From: Adineta vaga
Lineage: Eukaryota; Animalia; Rotifera
Reading direction: 5' to 3'
Assembly: GCA_021613535.1 (NCBI GenBank)
Contig: CP075496.1
Location: 6,882,001 to 6,946,000, forward strand
Length of the DNA: 64,000 nt
Shown here: one piece after another, positions 28,414 through 44,399 of the stretch
Layout of the letters: every line of letters begins with the position of its first letter
Numbering within the stretch: the stretch's first letter is position 1
Translations under genes and position numbers: made by a program
The notes under the pieces: model-generated
The model's input: only the letters and a program-made list of their open reading frames with translations
The model's database searches: none
Told to the model about the DNA's origin: nothing

Positions 28414-28975
28414 CAAAAGTAAGAAATAAATGAAATTATAATCAATTTTTTTTTCAAATTTTCGAAAACTTGTCTTTTATTCAGAATCTATTAGAATAAT
28501 AGACAAAATATCATCAAGACGAAATAATCTATGTTTTATACTTTCTATTTTCTTCTTGTTTTATTTACGTTATCTGTATGCTTTTTTTTAATATTGTCGT
28601 TGTTTTTTCATCCGTCTGACAGCAGAGAAGAAGCAGCAGCAGTAGTAGAAGAACCATATGAGAAAAAAAAGAGAGACAAAAAAAGCCAGGAAAAAATGAA
28701 TAACAATGACAAAGATGAACAACAACAGTAATAATAAATGAACAACTGCTCAGCGGCTACAGACATCAATGAAAATGAAAGAAGGAAAAGTCTATCACGA
28801 ACACGCATGAATACACACACACAGAAAGATAGAGAAAAATTAAGTTCTTTTTTTATTTCTTTTCTACTTTCATCACATATACATAACCAAAAAATGAAAT
28901 AACATGACGTATGCTTTCGAATGATTACATACATTAAATGATAAAAGATACAAATATAATTTTCTGATTTTGTTA

Positions 28976-31900
28976 TCAGTTCTGTTCATTAGTCGCGATC
29001 ATAAAATCATCACTAACAAGATTAACCGCATCACGAAGTGATTCCATTGTTTCCTTTGAATAAAATATAAAAGTTGAATTTCTTTTTTTTTTCAATAACT
29101 ATGTTTTATGTAATTATAGACAAAACTTTTCAAAATTCAAAAATACAAATTTCATCGAGAGGAAAATTTATTTACAGATGATGATAGATCATCATTATCT
29201 GTGCATACCTGAATAGCTAGATTTAACGACGTGGCAGAATTGTCGACAGATGCTGTCTCTATGCGAATAACATTATCACATGAAGACTGTACTAAGGAGA
29301 AGCAAAAAGTCAATAAAATCGAACAAATAAAATGTATTTTAGAAAATCTTTTTCAAAAATTACTCAATGAAAATCATCAGTTTCGGAAGAGATATACAGA
29401 GTGAAACTAGATTATCTGCACAAAAAAAAACTAATGAAAAACAATGAAAAAGAAATCATCTAGATTGTTTTCCTGTAGATTTTAGCATTGCATCGTATTT
29501 AGAAAACTTCTCTATCAATACAACGAACAATTAACGTACCCTATCGACATCTTCTAATAAATCTTGCGCATATAAAGGATCATTCATTATTAGCGTAGTA
29601 GTTGTTGTAGTTGTTGATTTAACTTTAATTGTTTCAACATATTTAGCAGGTAGATCACTTACATATGGCATTGGTTGTAAAGTAGACAAATCTAAATTAT
29701 TAAAGAAGATGTTTAAACGAAAATCTATCGCCAACTAAATTTATACTATTCGTTTTTGTTTCTGTTTTTTTATCTCCACTATCATCATCACTGACTAATA
29801 CTATATCATCATCATCATCATCATCGTCGTCGTCACCACCACCACCACCACCACCATTATTACCAGCACCTGTTGATGATGTTTGACCATTTTCATTAAA
29901 TGATTTATTACCATTATTTTTATGATCACCATTTAATTGAACTGAATGATATAGTGGATTAGTATTATTATTCAGATGTGAAAATTCTGTTGATGATGGA
30001 TGTATAGATGAATATTGTTGGTCAAAATGATTTTGACGACGAAATTTCTTATGAAGATTATCATTCATTGTTTGTAGATATGTATCTGATGGTGTACCAT
30101 CGCTACCAAGTAAATCAACATTGGATTGATGGATCCCTAGAAATCAATTTTTTTGAAAATTATCTCTTTCGTTTTTTATTCTTAAAAAGATACCTAAATG
30201 TTGATTTGCTTTTTTAATACCATTTGTTTGTAATAGATTTTCATCATCTTCATCGGAATTAATTTCTGATTCACCTTCTTCATCAATATTATCTTCATCA
30301 TCAACTTCATCACTTTCATCCATTTCTTCACTTTCTTCACCAATTTCATCATAATCATCCATCTGTTCATTCTCATGTTCTTCATCGTCACTTTCACCAG
30401 CAAAAATATCTAAAGATGTTTTTATTATTTGAAAATAAAACAATTAACCAAATGATTTCTCTTACGTTCAGCACCATCGTCATCTTCATCATTATCAATA
30501 TTAACTGCGTGTACTTCATTTAATTTCATTCGTTTTGCATGTCGTTCAGCTATTGGATTGTATTCATCCTTATTAGCTTCTAAAAAAAGTCAAAAGTATA
30601 CAATACAAATTGTTTTTTGTTCGAATTACCTAGAATTGGTACATTGAAATTTGCTGATGAAGTTGCTACTAATGCAGTTGGTGTTGTTGGTAGTGTTGAT
30701 GTTGGTAAAAAAACGTTTGGTGTTGTTTCTATGGGTGCTTGATATACTGATGGTTTTGAAAGAGATTGAGAATTATTTGACGATGAAGGTTCTGTATTCA
30801 TCATTGTGATTGCTGCAGCTGCTGTTGATGTTACTGTTGGTTGCACATTCGTGATTATTGGCATGGATGAATAAGCAAAGACATTATGAAGATCGTTTGT
30901 TGTCATTGATGAATTCATATTATGCATAGGAATCGTTTTTCGTGGTTTATCAATATTTAAAAATGACCATGGTTGATATAATTGACTTGAGGAATCATGT
31001 ACTTGCTGCCAGATAAGTTTTAATTTTCTTACAGCCATTTTAACCTGAAACAAATTGATTTAATATAACTATTGAATATTCTCATTAGATAATGTTAAAA
31101 CAATGAAATTCTTTTAACTAAGATCTTTCGACTTACTTTAACAGATGAATCTAGTAAATTCGCATTATCAATAACATCTTTACTAATACCAATGATAGTT
31201 GAACAATCAGATCGCTCATTAATTAATAAACATTCAAGAATATCATATAAGCCAACACGACATAATTCATCATCATATGGTTTATTAAATACACTATTCG
31301 CCGTTTGACATGCCAAAAGTGTATGTATAAAATGATTTTGAAGAAGCTAATAAATCGAATAGAGTTATAATTAGAAGATCATACAAAATTTCATTTTGAT
31401 TCTTACGATATATTGATCCTTTGGCATTTGATCTGAATAGACATTGAGTAATTGTTGTGTACCTAATTAAATCAATGAAGAAAACGTTAAACAAACGAAG
31501 AATTTACTTACAATTGATGACTGCTCGAGATAGATTATGATCTGGTTTTGATAAGTAAGCAACTGGTACTCTTGTTCGTGTTCGTATAGTTGTATCATTT
31601 ATAATCCAGCGAATTAATTTTTGTAAAACATCAACATCCATTCGTACTTGCCGTTGAAATAAAGCAAATAGATTTGTTAACAATTGATAAATACTGATAG
31701 ATAATGTTCTAGTAGAACGAGAAAAGAAAAGAAAGTCAATCAAATCTTTCAAAACACAAGTTTACATACAGATATTCTGCTTGAGGACGTACAAGATCAA
31801 GTAATGAAATAATCAATGAAAATATTGATCGAATATTAAACATAAATGACGATGGATTACTAAAAAGAACACACATAGATAAACTTTAAAGAAGAAAACA

Positions 31901-33394
31901 GATATGAAAGAGAGAAAAACATACAACGTTACAAGTGTACTATATAATTGAATACAAGAACTAAGTAATGTTGGTAAATGTTGTTTACGATGAAGAATAT
32001 TCTAAATAAAAAAATAATATTGAGCAATGACATGTGTTGTTTTGTAAAAGAAAAAAAAGAATTATCAATAGGAAAATAGGAATTTACTTCTGATTTAAAT
32101 AGAATTAACTCTGTTCCTATTATGTTAAGTTATTCATCCTGAAGAATATACATAGAAGAAGATTTAATTATATAAAATAGATGCTAGTCACTTTCGAACT
32201 GACGAAAAAGAACTAATCAATCATAAAAACTCTGCTTCTTCTTACAAATTGTTGATTGTTAATCGAAATGACTTTTGTTATTAATTTAAATGTTCGTTCA
32301 CATGGCACTGTTACTGGACATTCCAATTGCACACTAAATAAATCCATACCAAATCAAATCATTTCATATCTCTTACTATCATATAAAACATACTAGAACA
32401 AATATCTCAATATATTACAACAATTAACAAAAATCGCTGTATAATCTGTTGATGAAATCACATCTCCAATTTCAGCGATCAATGCTGTTTCAAGATCGGT
32501 TACTTCTGGACAAAGTGAATCTAATTTAAAGAAGAAAAAAAAACGAATTGAAAGATTCATTCCTGAATAAGTACCATTGATTCCTGAATAAAGTTGATCA
32601 ATAAGAAGAGATGCAATTTTAAGATAACGATCATATTCATTTTTCCATGATTTAGCTTGTTTTGAACTTGATGGAATACCAAGTACAGATAGATGAGCAA
32701 TACATTTGCAAGATATCTATGCATATATGTATCATAAAACTTTTCTGTCGTAGAAGAATAGAGATCTATTTACTTCGCTTGGACCAGACATTTTTTTGTA
32801 AATAATACGAGGTAATACTGGACGAAATTTATTCTTCAATAAAATAAAATATATTAATTATTCATTAATCATTAACAACAAATAAACATACAATGAGAAA
32901 TGTTGAAAATTTTTTTGGATAATTTAACATACATTCATACAAACATGTTGCTGATAACAATGGTGCCTAGAAAAACAAATCAACGAATATGTAAATTAAA
33001 CGTATTAAATAAATTCATTTAAACTAACTGTAGTAAAATGATCTGCAGCGATGGTAATTATTTCTGAGATGTAATCTTTTGATAATAATAGTTCATCGAT
33101 AATCGTACTTCTTTGTGATGCTTTAACATAAGTTAATAGACCACTTAAACCAATTTGTAGCATCGTTCGTGATGTTGTATTCTAAGATTCAACGAAAGAA
33201 AAACAACGATAGATAAAAAAGAAAAGAAAGTAATAGTAGAAAAATATTCGTACAACAAGACACGAATAAAGAGCTTTTAGACGAGTTTCAGCTTCGTTTT
33301 CCAACAGATAATCATCTGGATCATCTTCAAAAAATCGATGAAGTTCTTCAAGAGTATTTCCAGTTGACCTATGAATTAAAAGAGAATATTTCAT
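28976..33394 (-). CDS. PELP1: PELP1/Rix1-like ribosome biogenesis scaffold with acidic C-terminal region
   Basis: Leu-rich helical N-terminal region with PVTVPCERTFKLITKVISI and PYDDELCRVGLYDILECLL (PELP1 NUC202-like), followed by Pro/Thr-rich and Asp/Glu-rich segments. It has many exons and the 3' exon structure is uncertain. Confidence 0.65.
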
Positions 33395-33876
33395 TGTTTA
33401 AAAAACAATTTGTCATATTTTCATAAATACAAACATTTTCTACTTTTGATTTTCACTGTTCAATGATCAGCACCGGCAAATAGTTGAAATAATTAACATA
33501 GACAAAATGAGATAAACGAACAAAAGAATTGAATGAACTGATTTTTTTATTTTCTATAATTTAAACAAGTTTCATTGATTGAATAAATGAATAAAACCAA
33601 TCAATTTAAGAAAGAACATAAGTGACCTCTATGATGATCGGATTTTTTTTATGAAAAAAATTTTCGTTCGATAAAATTTAAAATAATTTTGAGAAAATTA
33701 TAAAGAATAAATTAATTCATGATCTGTTTGATAATAAGAATTTTTTTCGTTTATCTTTCATTAAGCTATCTTGTGAGCCTTTACTATGGAACTCTTCTGT
33801 ACACAACGTTCTCTTTTCTTTTGCTTATTTTTTTTATTCACATATAACCACCAACAACAATAATTGAATAAAAAAT

Positions 33877-36011
<2,135 letters not shown>

Positions 36012-36433
36012 ATCTGAGAACAATGATGATATTTGTGCCAGCTTTTTTTAGTAGTAAAAATCAGTTTTCTTTTCCGAACTCTTCTCTTGAAGAAGATAAA
36101 ACAAAACAATAACAGACATATTTATGTATTAGAATTGTCAACTGTCCAAACAACATACCCGTTCGTTTGTTCTACCTGTTATTTCATATTCTTTAGTGTA
36201 ATTTGGCACGTTTGTCTTTCTCTATCTCTCTCTCTTTCTCTCTATCTCTCTATTTTGTCAACTCCTAACATCATATTCAATAAAATACCGCAGAAAAACT
36301 ACACATTCTTTCATATGAAAAAGATTTTGATTGGACTATCTATGCATGAATTTATTTGAACTTGGTTTTTTTCTGAATAAAAGCAGAAAAAGATAGGTAA
36401 ATGAAGGGAAACTAAAGGTAAAATGTGATGTGT

Positions 36434-38016
36434 TCAACGAACGAAAGCTTCATATTGACAATTCGGTGGACGAAGAGTAATACCAGGTTGACCACGCAGA
36501 TCTTTGGGGATCCATCCATTTGAAAAACGGAATTCGAATTTTTGAAATAAACTGACAAGAATTAGGAATAATTGAATTTTTGCGATTTGCTCACCTGAAA
36601 TTAGATCTTTGTCAATTTTTGATCAATTTCTATTGAAACTATTTACCTGTACATGCACGTTTACCAACACTAAATGGCATCATTGCTGGATGATTTACAT
36701 TTCGTAAACGTTGTTTTTCATCCAAGAATCTTTCTGGTTGAAATTTTTCGGGTTCGATCCAATTCTGTTCATCTTTCATAGCTGACCACATATTAACGAG
36801 AACAAAGGTATCTTTTGGAATAAAACAACCATGAAATGTGATATCTTGAGTTGTTGCTCGTGGAAGTAAAATTGGTCCAGCACAATGACAACGCATGGAT
36901 TCAAGTAAAACTGCTTCAATATAAGACATTCGAGTACGATCTTTCTCGCATGGGAGTCGATCTTTGCCAATAACTCGATCTATTTCTTCATGAATATTTT
37001 GTTGTACATCTGGATGTGCAGCAATATAAAAAATTGTCCAATTTAATGTATTAGATACTGTTTCTGTTCCAGCAACAAACAGATCTTGGACAAGTGAATC
37101 AAGATTTTCTTTGGAGAAATAGGCACTTCGTTGTCGATGTTGATTCATTTCATCTAAGTAAGCATCGACAATATTTGTAATGAAATCATTATCAAAATTT
37201 GTTTCACGTTCGCCAACTAATGTTTGTATAACACGATTACAATCATTGACATTTTTAAAGATATTCTTTTGAAATCTTCTTGTAAATGGTAAGAAATTAA
37301 AACAAGCGATTGTTGCTGTTTGATTAAAATTTTCATTGATTTTCTCAAATAAATTGTTCATATTCATGGTTTCGAAATATCGACCAAATGTTAATGTACA
37401 AATATTATTACATGATATTTGACTTAACATATTACCAATATGAAATGGTGATGATTGTTTTTCACGAATTTTTTCAGCAACAAAACGTACTTCATCCAGA
37501 CAACCATTTTCTAATGATGAACGTCGTCGACGACCAAAACGATTGAAACTTTTGATAAGAAAATTCTTATGGTCATTGAATTCTCGACCATATGGAGCAG
37601 AAATGACACCTTTGCCATGTAAGGTTTCATGAATCATATGAAGATGTGGTCGACCAGCAAATACTTCACTATGATCATGTAAAGCTTCACGAATGATCGA
37701 TGATGAATTGAGTACAATAACTGTTTGTGAACCGAAACAAAGACGAAAGATTGGACCATATTTACTGTTTTTCGACCAGCGATGTAATGTCTCATATGGA
37801 CGATAACCTAATTGAAGAAGATTACCAAAAACTGGCCATGGACGAGGACCCCATGGAACAGTTAATATTGAATCCTCTTTTTCATTAGAATTTGATTTCT
37901 AAATACAGATCAATTTTAATTTTGATTCATCGAATTCCAATTTAATGACTTACCTTATGACGCATGATACTCATGCTCAACATAGTAATAAAGGCGACCA
38001 GCACCAAGCCTAACAT
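36434..38016 (-). CDS. Cytochrome P450, clan 2 (3 exons)
   Basis: N-terminal TM anchor, GPRPWPVFGNL, I-helix AGTETVS, ESMR (ExxR), PERF and the heme motif FSVGKRACTG. Confidence 0.93.
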
Positions 38017-38061
38017 CTTGTATAAGGAAATTGAAATGTAAAAATGATTATCGGACACGCA

Positions 38062-38070
38062 TATTTATAA
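38062..38070 (-). promoter_or_regulatory. Candidate TATA box of the P450 gene
   Basis: TTATAAATA on the minus strand about 50 nt upstream of the ATG. The AT-rich background lowers its significance. Confidence 0.35.
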
Positions 38071-39201
38071 GTAAAGGTGAAAGTCTCGCGCAATATCTTA
38101 AAATACTCTAACAGAACCAGACATGCAAATCTGTTGTTTTTTTTTTGACACTCATAATCATACATAATCAATGCTTTTTGTAGATTAGATAATTATTAAA
38201 AGATACAATGACTTGTCAAAATACTATTGCTTTTTCTTATTTCGAAATTCATTATTTATGTCATTTTATTTTAGTCACGCATCTATACGGACAACAACAT
38301 TTACCAAACGATGTCAAAGTCACATGTTTCTGCAACGTGACTTTTTATAGCACGAACGCAATACTAAAACCTAGATTTCCAATATCATCATGCTAATGAA
38401 TGTTCTCGAAAAGGTGAAACAGACTTCATTTCTGGTGCAGAGAAAAACTACACATGATTAGTATAAATTTAGCAATTAAGAGAGATTGATTTGAGATTTT
38501 GCAGTGATGAAAATAAACAAACATAACAGAACTTTTTTTTTTGAAGCTTTGTACCCGTGAACAATATTTATAGTATAAATAACTCTTGAATGTCAAGTTA
38601 ATTTGAGAAATATTACATACAGATTGTCTTTCTGCATATGAAAATGAAACGATAGTTTTAGATGAATACGATTGTCTTTACATAGTTTTACACTTTCATA
38701 TCAAATGAAAAAGATTCCCTCACACTTGAAAACAATATTCCCAAAACTTGGTCTATATAATCATTCTGTTGTTGATTTTTCTAGAAATTTCTATCAATTT
38801 GTACTTCTATTTTTTAAATATTCATTTAGTTCATTTTTTCCGATTGAATATCCAGACATTCTTTTTCCAGAACTTGAAAGCATCTTCACTTTTTCAAACA
38901 CCGTTTTAGTCATCTGTCTAATAACTTATTCATCTGTTTATTTGAAAAATAAAATGAATATTTCATACATTTAATCAGAAAATAATTTTATCAATCTACA
39001 ATATCTTAACAACAATAAAAAAATATGTTTCGTCTATGCTTAAATAATGTATGAAAAACTGCGAGATTATATAGATACGATTAAAGAACAGACGATTTCT
39101 ATTCAGCTGCATTTATATATTAGGAAAAATAGGAGACGAGTAGAAAGACTGAGCAAGAATTTTGGATATATGAACATGACATTTTTGGTATTTTCATCGT
39201 T

Positions 39202-39988
39202 TTAAATATCTTTTAAATTTAAATAATCGACAATTGTTTGAAATATAAGTGTACCAATAAGATCATATCCTTTGGGTGTCAAATGCATATGATCATCCCA
39301 AATTTGTTTCTTTTCTTCTAGATCTGGTCGATGCCACGGAATAGCTTCATTGATATCTACACAAAATGTTCGTCGACCGCCAGCATAATGATTTTCCCAT
39401 GCATATTTTTTAATCAATGTATTTAATGTATGACGATCAAGATCACGAGGATCATTCGTTTTTAAACGACCTGTTTCATTAATAGTCATAATTACTAAAT
39501 TTGCACCGTGTTCATAGGCCAATTGATACATTTGTCTTAAACCATCAAAGATCGTTTCAGGTTTGATACCATAAGCTAGATCATGAATACCACCTAGGAT
39601 AATAATCCAACGATAATAATGACCTTCTTCAACAGCATCAGATAATGTTTTACGGAAACGATCAAGCATTCCAGAGAGAACACATTCATTGCTTCGACCA
39701 GAAGATTTAACCTGAATTCAAATAATAGAAAGACAATTTTGATTTTTGCTTTCTTTAATTTACCTCAATTTGTGGCCGATCAGGAGAACCATCGTATACC
39801 CATTCACAATGATTTCGTACCAATTCTGCTAATTTAATTGCATATGGATGGAAACGAAAACCAGCAAAATGAAAGCCCTATTGAAGACAAAATAGTTTTT
39901 CTTATATTCATTAAATAATATTAAAACTTTATACTTCTGTTAAACTGTCTCCAAATGCAAGGATTCGATAAACTTTTTGACTAGTCAT
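39202..39988 (-). CDS. SGNH/GDSL-type hydrolase (3 exons), microbial-like
   Basis: Block I RILAFGDSLTEG, block II SG, block III IILGGIHD and block V WDDHMHLTPKGY. Confidence 0.85.
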
Positions 39989-40237
39989 GAAGTATAAACT
40001 TTATAAAAATACTATTCTTACAATGAAGATACTATTAATAGAACGACGACGATGTATATTCTTTCTTTCTTTATATTTACGAACAATTTTTATACAAACA
40101 GACGATAGAGGTCATCATTGTTCGAACATTTTTTAGTAGAAAGAAAAAACGTATTTTTTTTGTACTTCATGAAAGAATCAATGCAAATTCAAACAGATAT
40201 GAAATTCTTCGAGTTTGTGTCTTTTTCGTGAAGTTTA

Positions 40238-40973
40238 TTAAGATTTATTTCGTCGACGTTTGTTTAATAGAGAACCCATCGATGAAGTTGATGATGATAA
40301 AAATGTTGTTGATTGTTGGCATGTTCTTTTTCTTAATAAGACTTTCTCTTGATGTTCAAGATCACGTAAGAAATTAGTTATTATTTGAGATTGATTTATC
40401 GATTTATATCGACGTATCCAACCGCCATTTCCATGTGTCGTTGCACGACATCCATAGAGTTTTGCTGCACTATTTTCTTCATCTAATACAAGCGCACTAG
40501 AAATTCGATTAGGACTATTTGTTTGTTGAAGATCAGGTAGCGGTGAAGTCATCGATAACATTGATAGAGTTTTCTCAGGTGAAATTGTAATCGTATCAAG
40601 TATTGTTCGTTTTTCTCTTGCTGATGATTTCGAAACATTAGTTGTATTCTGTAGAGAAAGATAGTTTCAATGAGATAACTTTTCATTGAATTATTTGTAT
40701 ACTTACATGTTTCTTTTCATTTATTATTAATGGTTTTCGTTGATATTTTCCTTTAGGAAATAAACCTTTTCCTTTACATGCATTTTCATGAAAATTTATT
40801 AATGTACTTCCATCAATATATGTTATTGCAATAGATCGTTTGACAGGTTGAGACCAATTATGACAAGTAGATGTTGATACTGCTGAATGATAATCGATTA
40901 AATCTTTTTGAGTAACGACTGGATTTCTCGGTTCACGACGATATTGTTCATAATAAAACTCATAATTGTTCAT
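40238..40973 (-). CDS. Uncharacterised basic protein (2 exons, ~225 aa)
   Basis: Two ORFs (40683-40973 and 40238-40561) are joined in frame by a GT-AG intron at about 40651-40706. No family recognised. Confidence 0.6.
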
Positions 40974-41570
40974 TTTTCTTTCAAGCTACGTTATTGAACG
41001 ATACTTACTGTACAGAATTGAAAAATGGTTATATTAACGAAGAGAAAGAAGAAACATAAATAAGAGAATCAGTATTATTGTTTATTTGAACTAATATCGC
41101 TCTTCTCCTTGAAATGATTCTTGGACAGAAGAAGAAGAAAAAAAAACGAAGACTAATACAGGTTTGTTTGCTATTTGACGTTTTGTAATTAACGACAGTA
41201 TTTATTCTTCTAGCCGAATGTACATCTATCAACTGTAATGAAAGGAAATTTTCAATGAGAAATTATATTTAGTTGATGTTGTTATTGGTAATAATCAAAC
41301 AAAGAATAGAAGAGAAAAAGAACTAATTATTCGATTACTACGGATGCTCTGTTTTGTTTTGTTATTACCAATAAATGTATAAGAGATTACATTTTTCAAC
41401 GATCAACTTCTTTAATAACTGACTTTTAGTTTTCGAATAAAGATAGATCTTTCTGCTCTGATCGTTGATTGTATAGAATAATTACATGATGTGAACCAAT
41501 ATATTGAAGAAAAGAAATTTTTGAATTATGAAAACAAAGAACAAAAGAACTATATAATCAATCGAATGTA

Positions 41571-42164
41571 TTATTGAGCGCGATAGGTTGCATTCAATTC
41601 GTTAAGTCGTTTTCGTCTAGAAAATAATCTTTTTAGGAAAATATTAAAGACGGAAAAATTGATCTTACGCTTCTTGTGAGAATATTTCAAATGTGATACG
41701 ATCATTGTCTTTACCAGCTGGCGATGCATTGTAATTAGAAACACCAAGAGCTTCCATGGCTTAGAAGAAAGATTATTATATTTATTCAAATGATTTTCAA
41801 AAGAGAGATACTCTTACTGGATGCATATTGTGAATATGTAATATGACCATGACCAGCAGGATCAAGCATACGAAAAATAGAAAGTAGATCATTATCTTGA
41901 ACGAGAGATGGAGAAGCAAGACCAGCTAATCGAGCTTTTTTCAATTGTTCAAGAAAATCAATCATGAACGCTTTTGGATCATCTAGATTTATTTTAGAAT
42001 AAAATCATAGTGAAAAATGATTGTTTATTTTCACTACCTGGTTTATTATAAACTAAAGCTGCTGATAGATTGTGAAAGAGATCAGGAATACGATGAGTTT
42101 GAAGATAATCAGCTCCTGATTGTTCAATAGGATTCATAACTGGTGCACTTGGTTTGTTAGCCAT
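41571..42164 (-). CDS. EFCAB10: EF-hand calcium-binding domain protein 10-like
   Basis: DYLQTHRIPDLFHNLSAALVYNKPDDPKAFMIDFLEQL is an RIIa/Dpy-30-like docking domain, followed by IFRMLDPAGHGHITYSQY and AMEALG. Confidence 0.8.
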
Positions 42165-42614
42165 CTATAAGACAAAATAAAAGAGATGAAATTGAAAAAC
42201 ATTCACAGTACAGAATTTGTGTATGTTTCAGAAATGACTTTAGATATATTCTTACAATACTAGATGGATTTTGTATAATCTCGGAAAAAAATACTTTACT
42301 CATTTCAAAAATAGTATCATTAGAACCGATCATATAATACATGAAAAATAGGAAACTATCTAATGAAACAGGGAAAACACATCGAAGAAAATTATATAAA
42401 ACAATTTTATATGTACACAAAAACCAAGATGACATACGAAGTGTTGTAAAGATAGAAATACCTCTGTTTTGATTTAAATTCTATTGAATTCTTTCTACGA
42501 TAAACATAGATGGCGTCAACTCTTGATCAATTTTATCAATATTCCTCCTGTTGGTAGAATTTTGTATGAACACAACAAGTTTTATACTTTAATAATTTTT
42601 ATTTACAAAATGAA

Positions 42615-44160
42615 TTATAATAATCCAAAACAAGTTTTAGCATAATTAATTTCATCTTTTAATTCTACAGACACATTACTCGAATCCAATAAATCAATTG
42701 TTGAAAGAAATGTTTCTGTTCGCAATGCATAAAAAAATATTGCAGTTAATCCATATTCGATTCGCTTGGTCATACCATTATCATCAATGATTGATGATAA
42801 ACCAGCAAATAAATACATTGATTTATCTTTTGTGATAGTTAAATATTGTTCAATGTTCATCTGTTCCAATTTTTCATAAAGTTTTCGATTAGTATCCATT
42901 TCAAATAATTCAACAAAAGATGCAAGAGCACATTTTGTTGGCATTGCGTAAGCGTGTACATGAGAACGTGTTACACGAGCACATGGTTTTTTACAATTTG
43001 CATTATCATTACTTAAACTATCATTGATATTTTCAGGTAGAAATGATGGATACGATTCAAAAAGATTTACACATTGACATTCTTGAAAACATTTAGATTT
43101 TGAAATAGAATTTAAACGATATTTTTGCATAATATCAAACGTCCATTTTGTCGTTTGTTGTATGAACATCGGTGATAAAGATTCTAAGATATTAATAATT
43201 AAAGATTCAAATGATGATATGGAATCAGTAAGTGAACGAAGATGATTATCGATAAATAATGAGAGACTTTCGTCTGATGAACAAAGAACTTTCTCTGTTG
43301 ATATATTTTGTTCATTAGTATCTTTACAATTATTGACACCACATTGCATGGAAAGATCACGTGACCATTTGGTAATTAAATAAAATCCACGAGATTTTTC
43401 TGTAGTTGAATCAATTGTACACATTGATTGCCAAAGTAATTCAATTGATATCCAATGTGATGGATATTTAAATCTTGCAACATCAAGTATCAAAACAAGA
43501 TCCTCTTGAACATGATATCCGGCAATTGGTGAAAAATGTCCACTGCCTGTTTGTTCAAGTGTACTTCGATTATAACTACAGACAAGACGAATATCATCTA
43601 AACGACGTGTACATGCAGATAATATCGCTGAACGAAAATGTGCAAGAGTTGTATTTGAAGCAAGATATGGAATGATTGAAGCACCATTACATTCTGCTAA
43701 GTAAAGAAATTCTTCAAATGTAAGACCTTGTTCTAATACATTTTCTAAGGGATTATCTTTTGATTTACGTTTATCACATGTACGAAGTGTATGTTCATCA
43801 AAATAACGCCAATTTCCTTTCCAAATTATGCCCGGATCAATATTTAAACTATTCAATACTATAAAGAAAATAAACAGATATATCCTGACGAAAATCAAGT
43901 AACTAACCCATAGAAAGTGTACCAGGGCCGCAATACGAAGGTTCAGCTTGTGTATGAAAGGTTTCAGCTAAACTGAAATATCCATGTAAACCATCACTGA
44001 GAAGTGCTTCACGAAATAAACGTTTGCCATGATCAGAATTGAATGGTATAGCTATTTTCGGTAATGGACGACGATGCCAACCAGGTATACATTGTGTTGA
44101 TATATTTCCATATGGCTGTCGAAGACTGATTGACGAAGAGCATGATTCCGTTGTCGTCAT
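42615..44160 (-). CDS. Phytochelatin synthase (glutathione gamma-glutamylcysteinyltransferase)
   Basis: TQAEPSYCG (catalytic Cys), VLNSLNIDP..WKGNWRYFDE, QTGSGHFSPIAGYH (His) and LILDVARFKYP (Asp). There is a single intron at 43859-43907 and a Cys-rich C-terminus. Confidence 0.93.
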
Positions 44161-44399
44161 ATTTTTCTTGAAAAGATGTGTACCAAAAATACTCTTCTAT
44201 TATAACAACATGTTGAAATTGAAATAGAAAATAGATTTTATCAGTCTAATGATTGGATTGATCTATTTCTCCAATCGATAGTATTTTCAAAATCTTTCCT
44301 TCAGAATGTCAAGATTTTTATTGGTACGATGTTATCCAATAAAGATTAAAGATTTCTACTCAATCTGAATCTGCATTATTCATTTCATTTACAAATAAA

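Noticed and set aside
28531-28934. ORFs of 66 and 108 aa between PELP1 and MYG1
   Set aside because: Low-complexity F/L/K-rich translations of UTR simple sequence.
38672-38974. 100-aa + strand ORF and stop-interrupted coding-like text on the - strand
   Set aside because: No recognisable homology or splice structure; likely noise or an unidentifiable relic.
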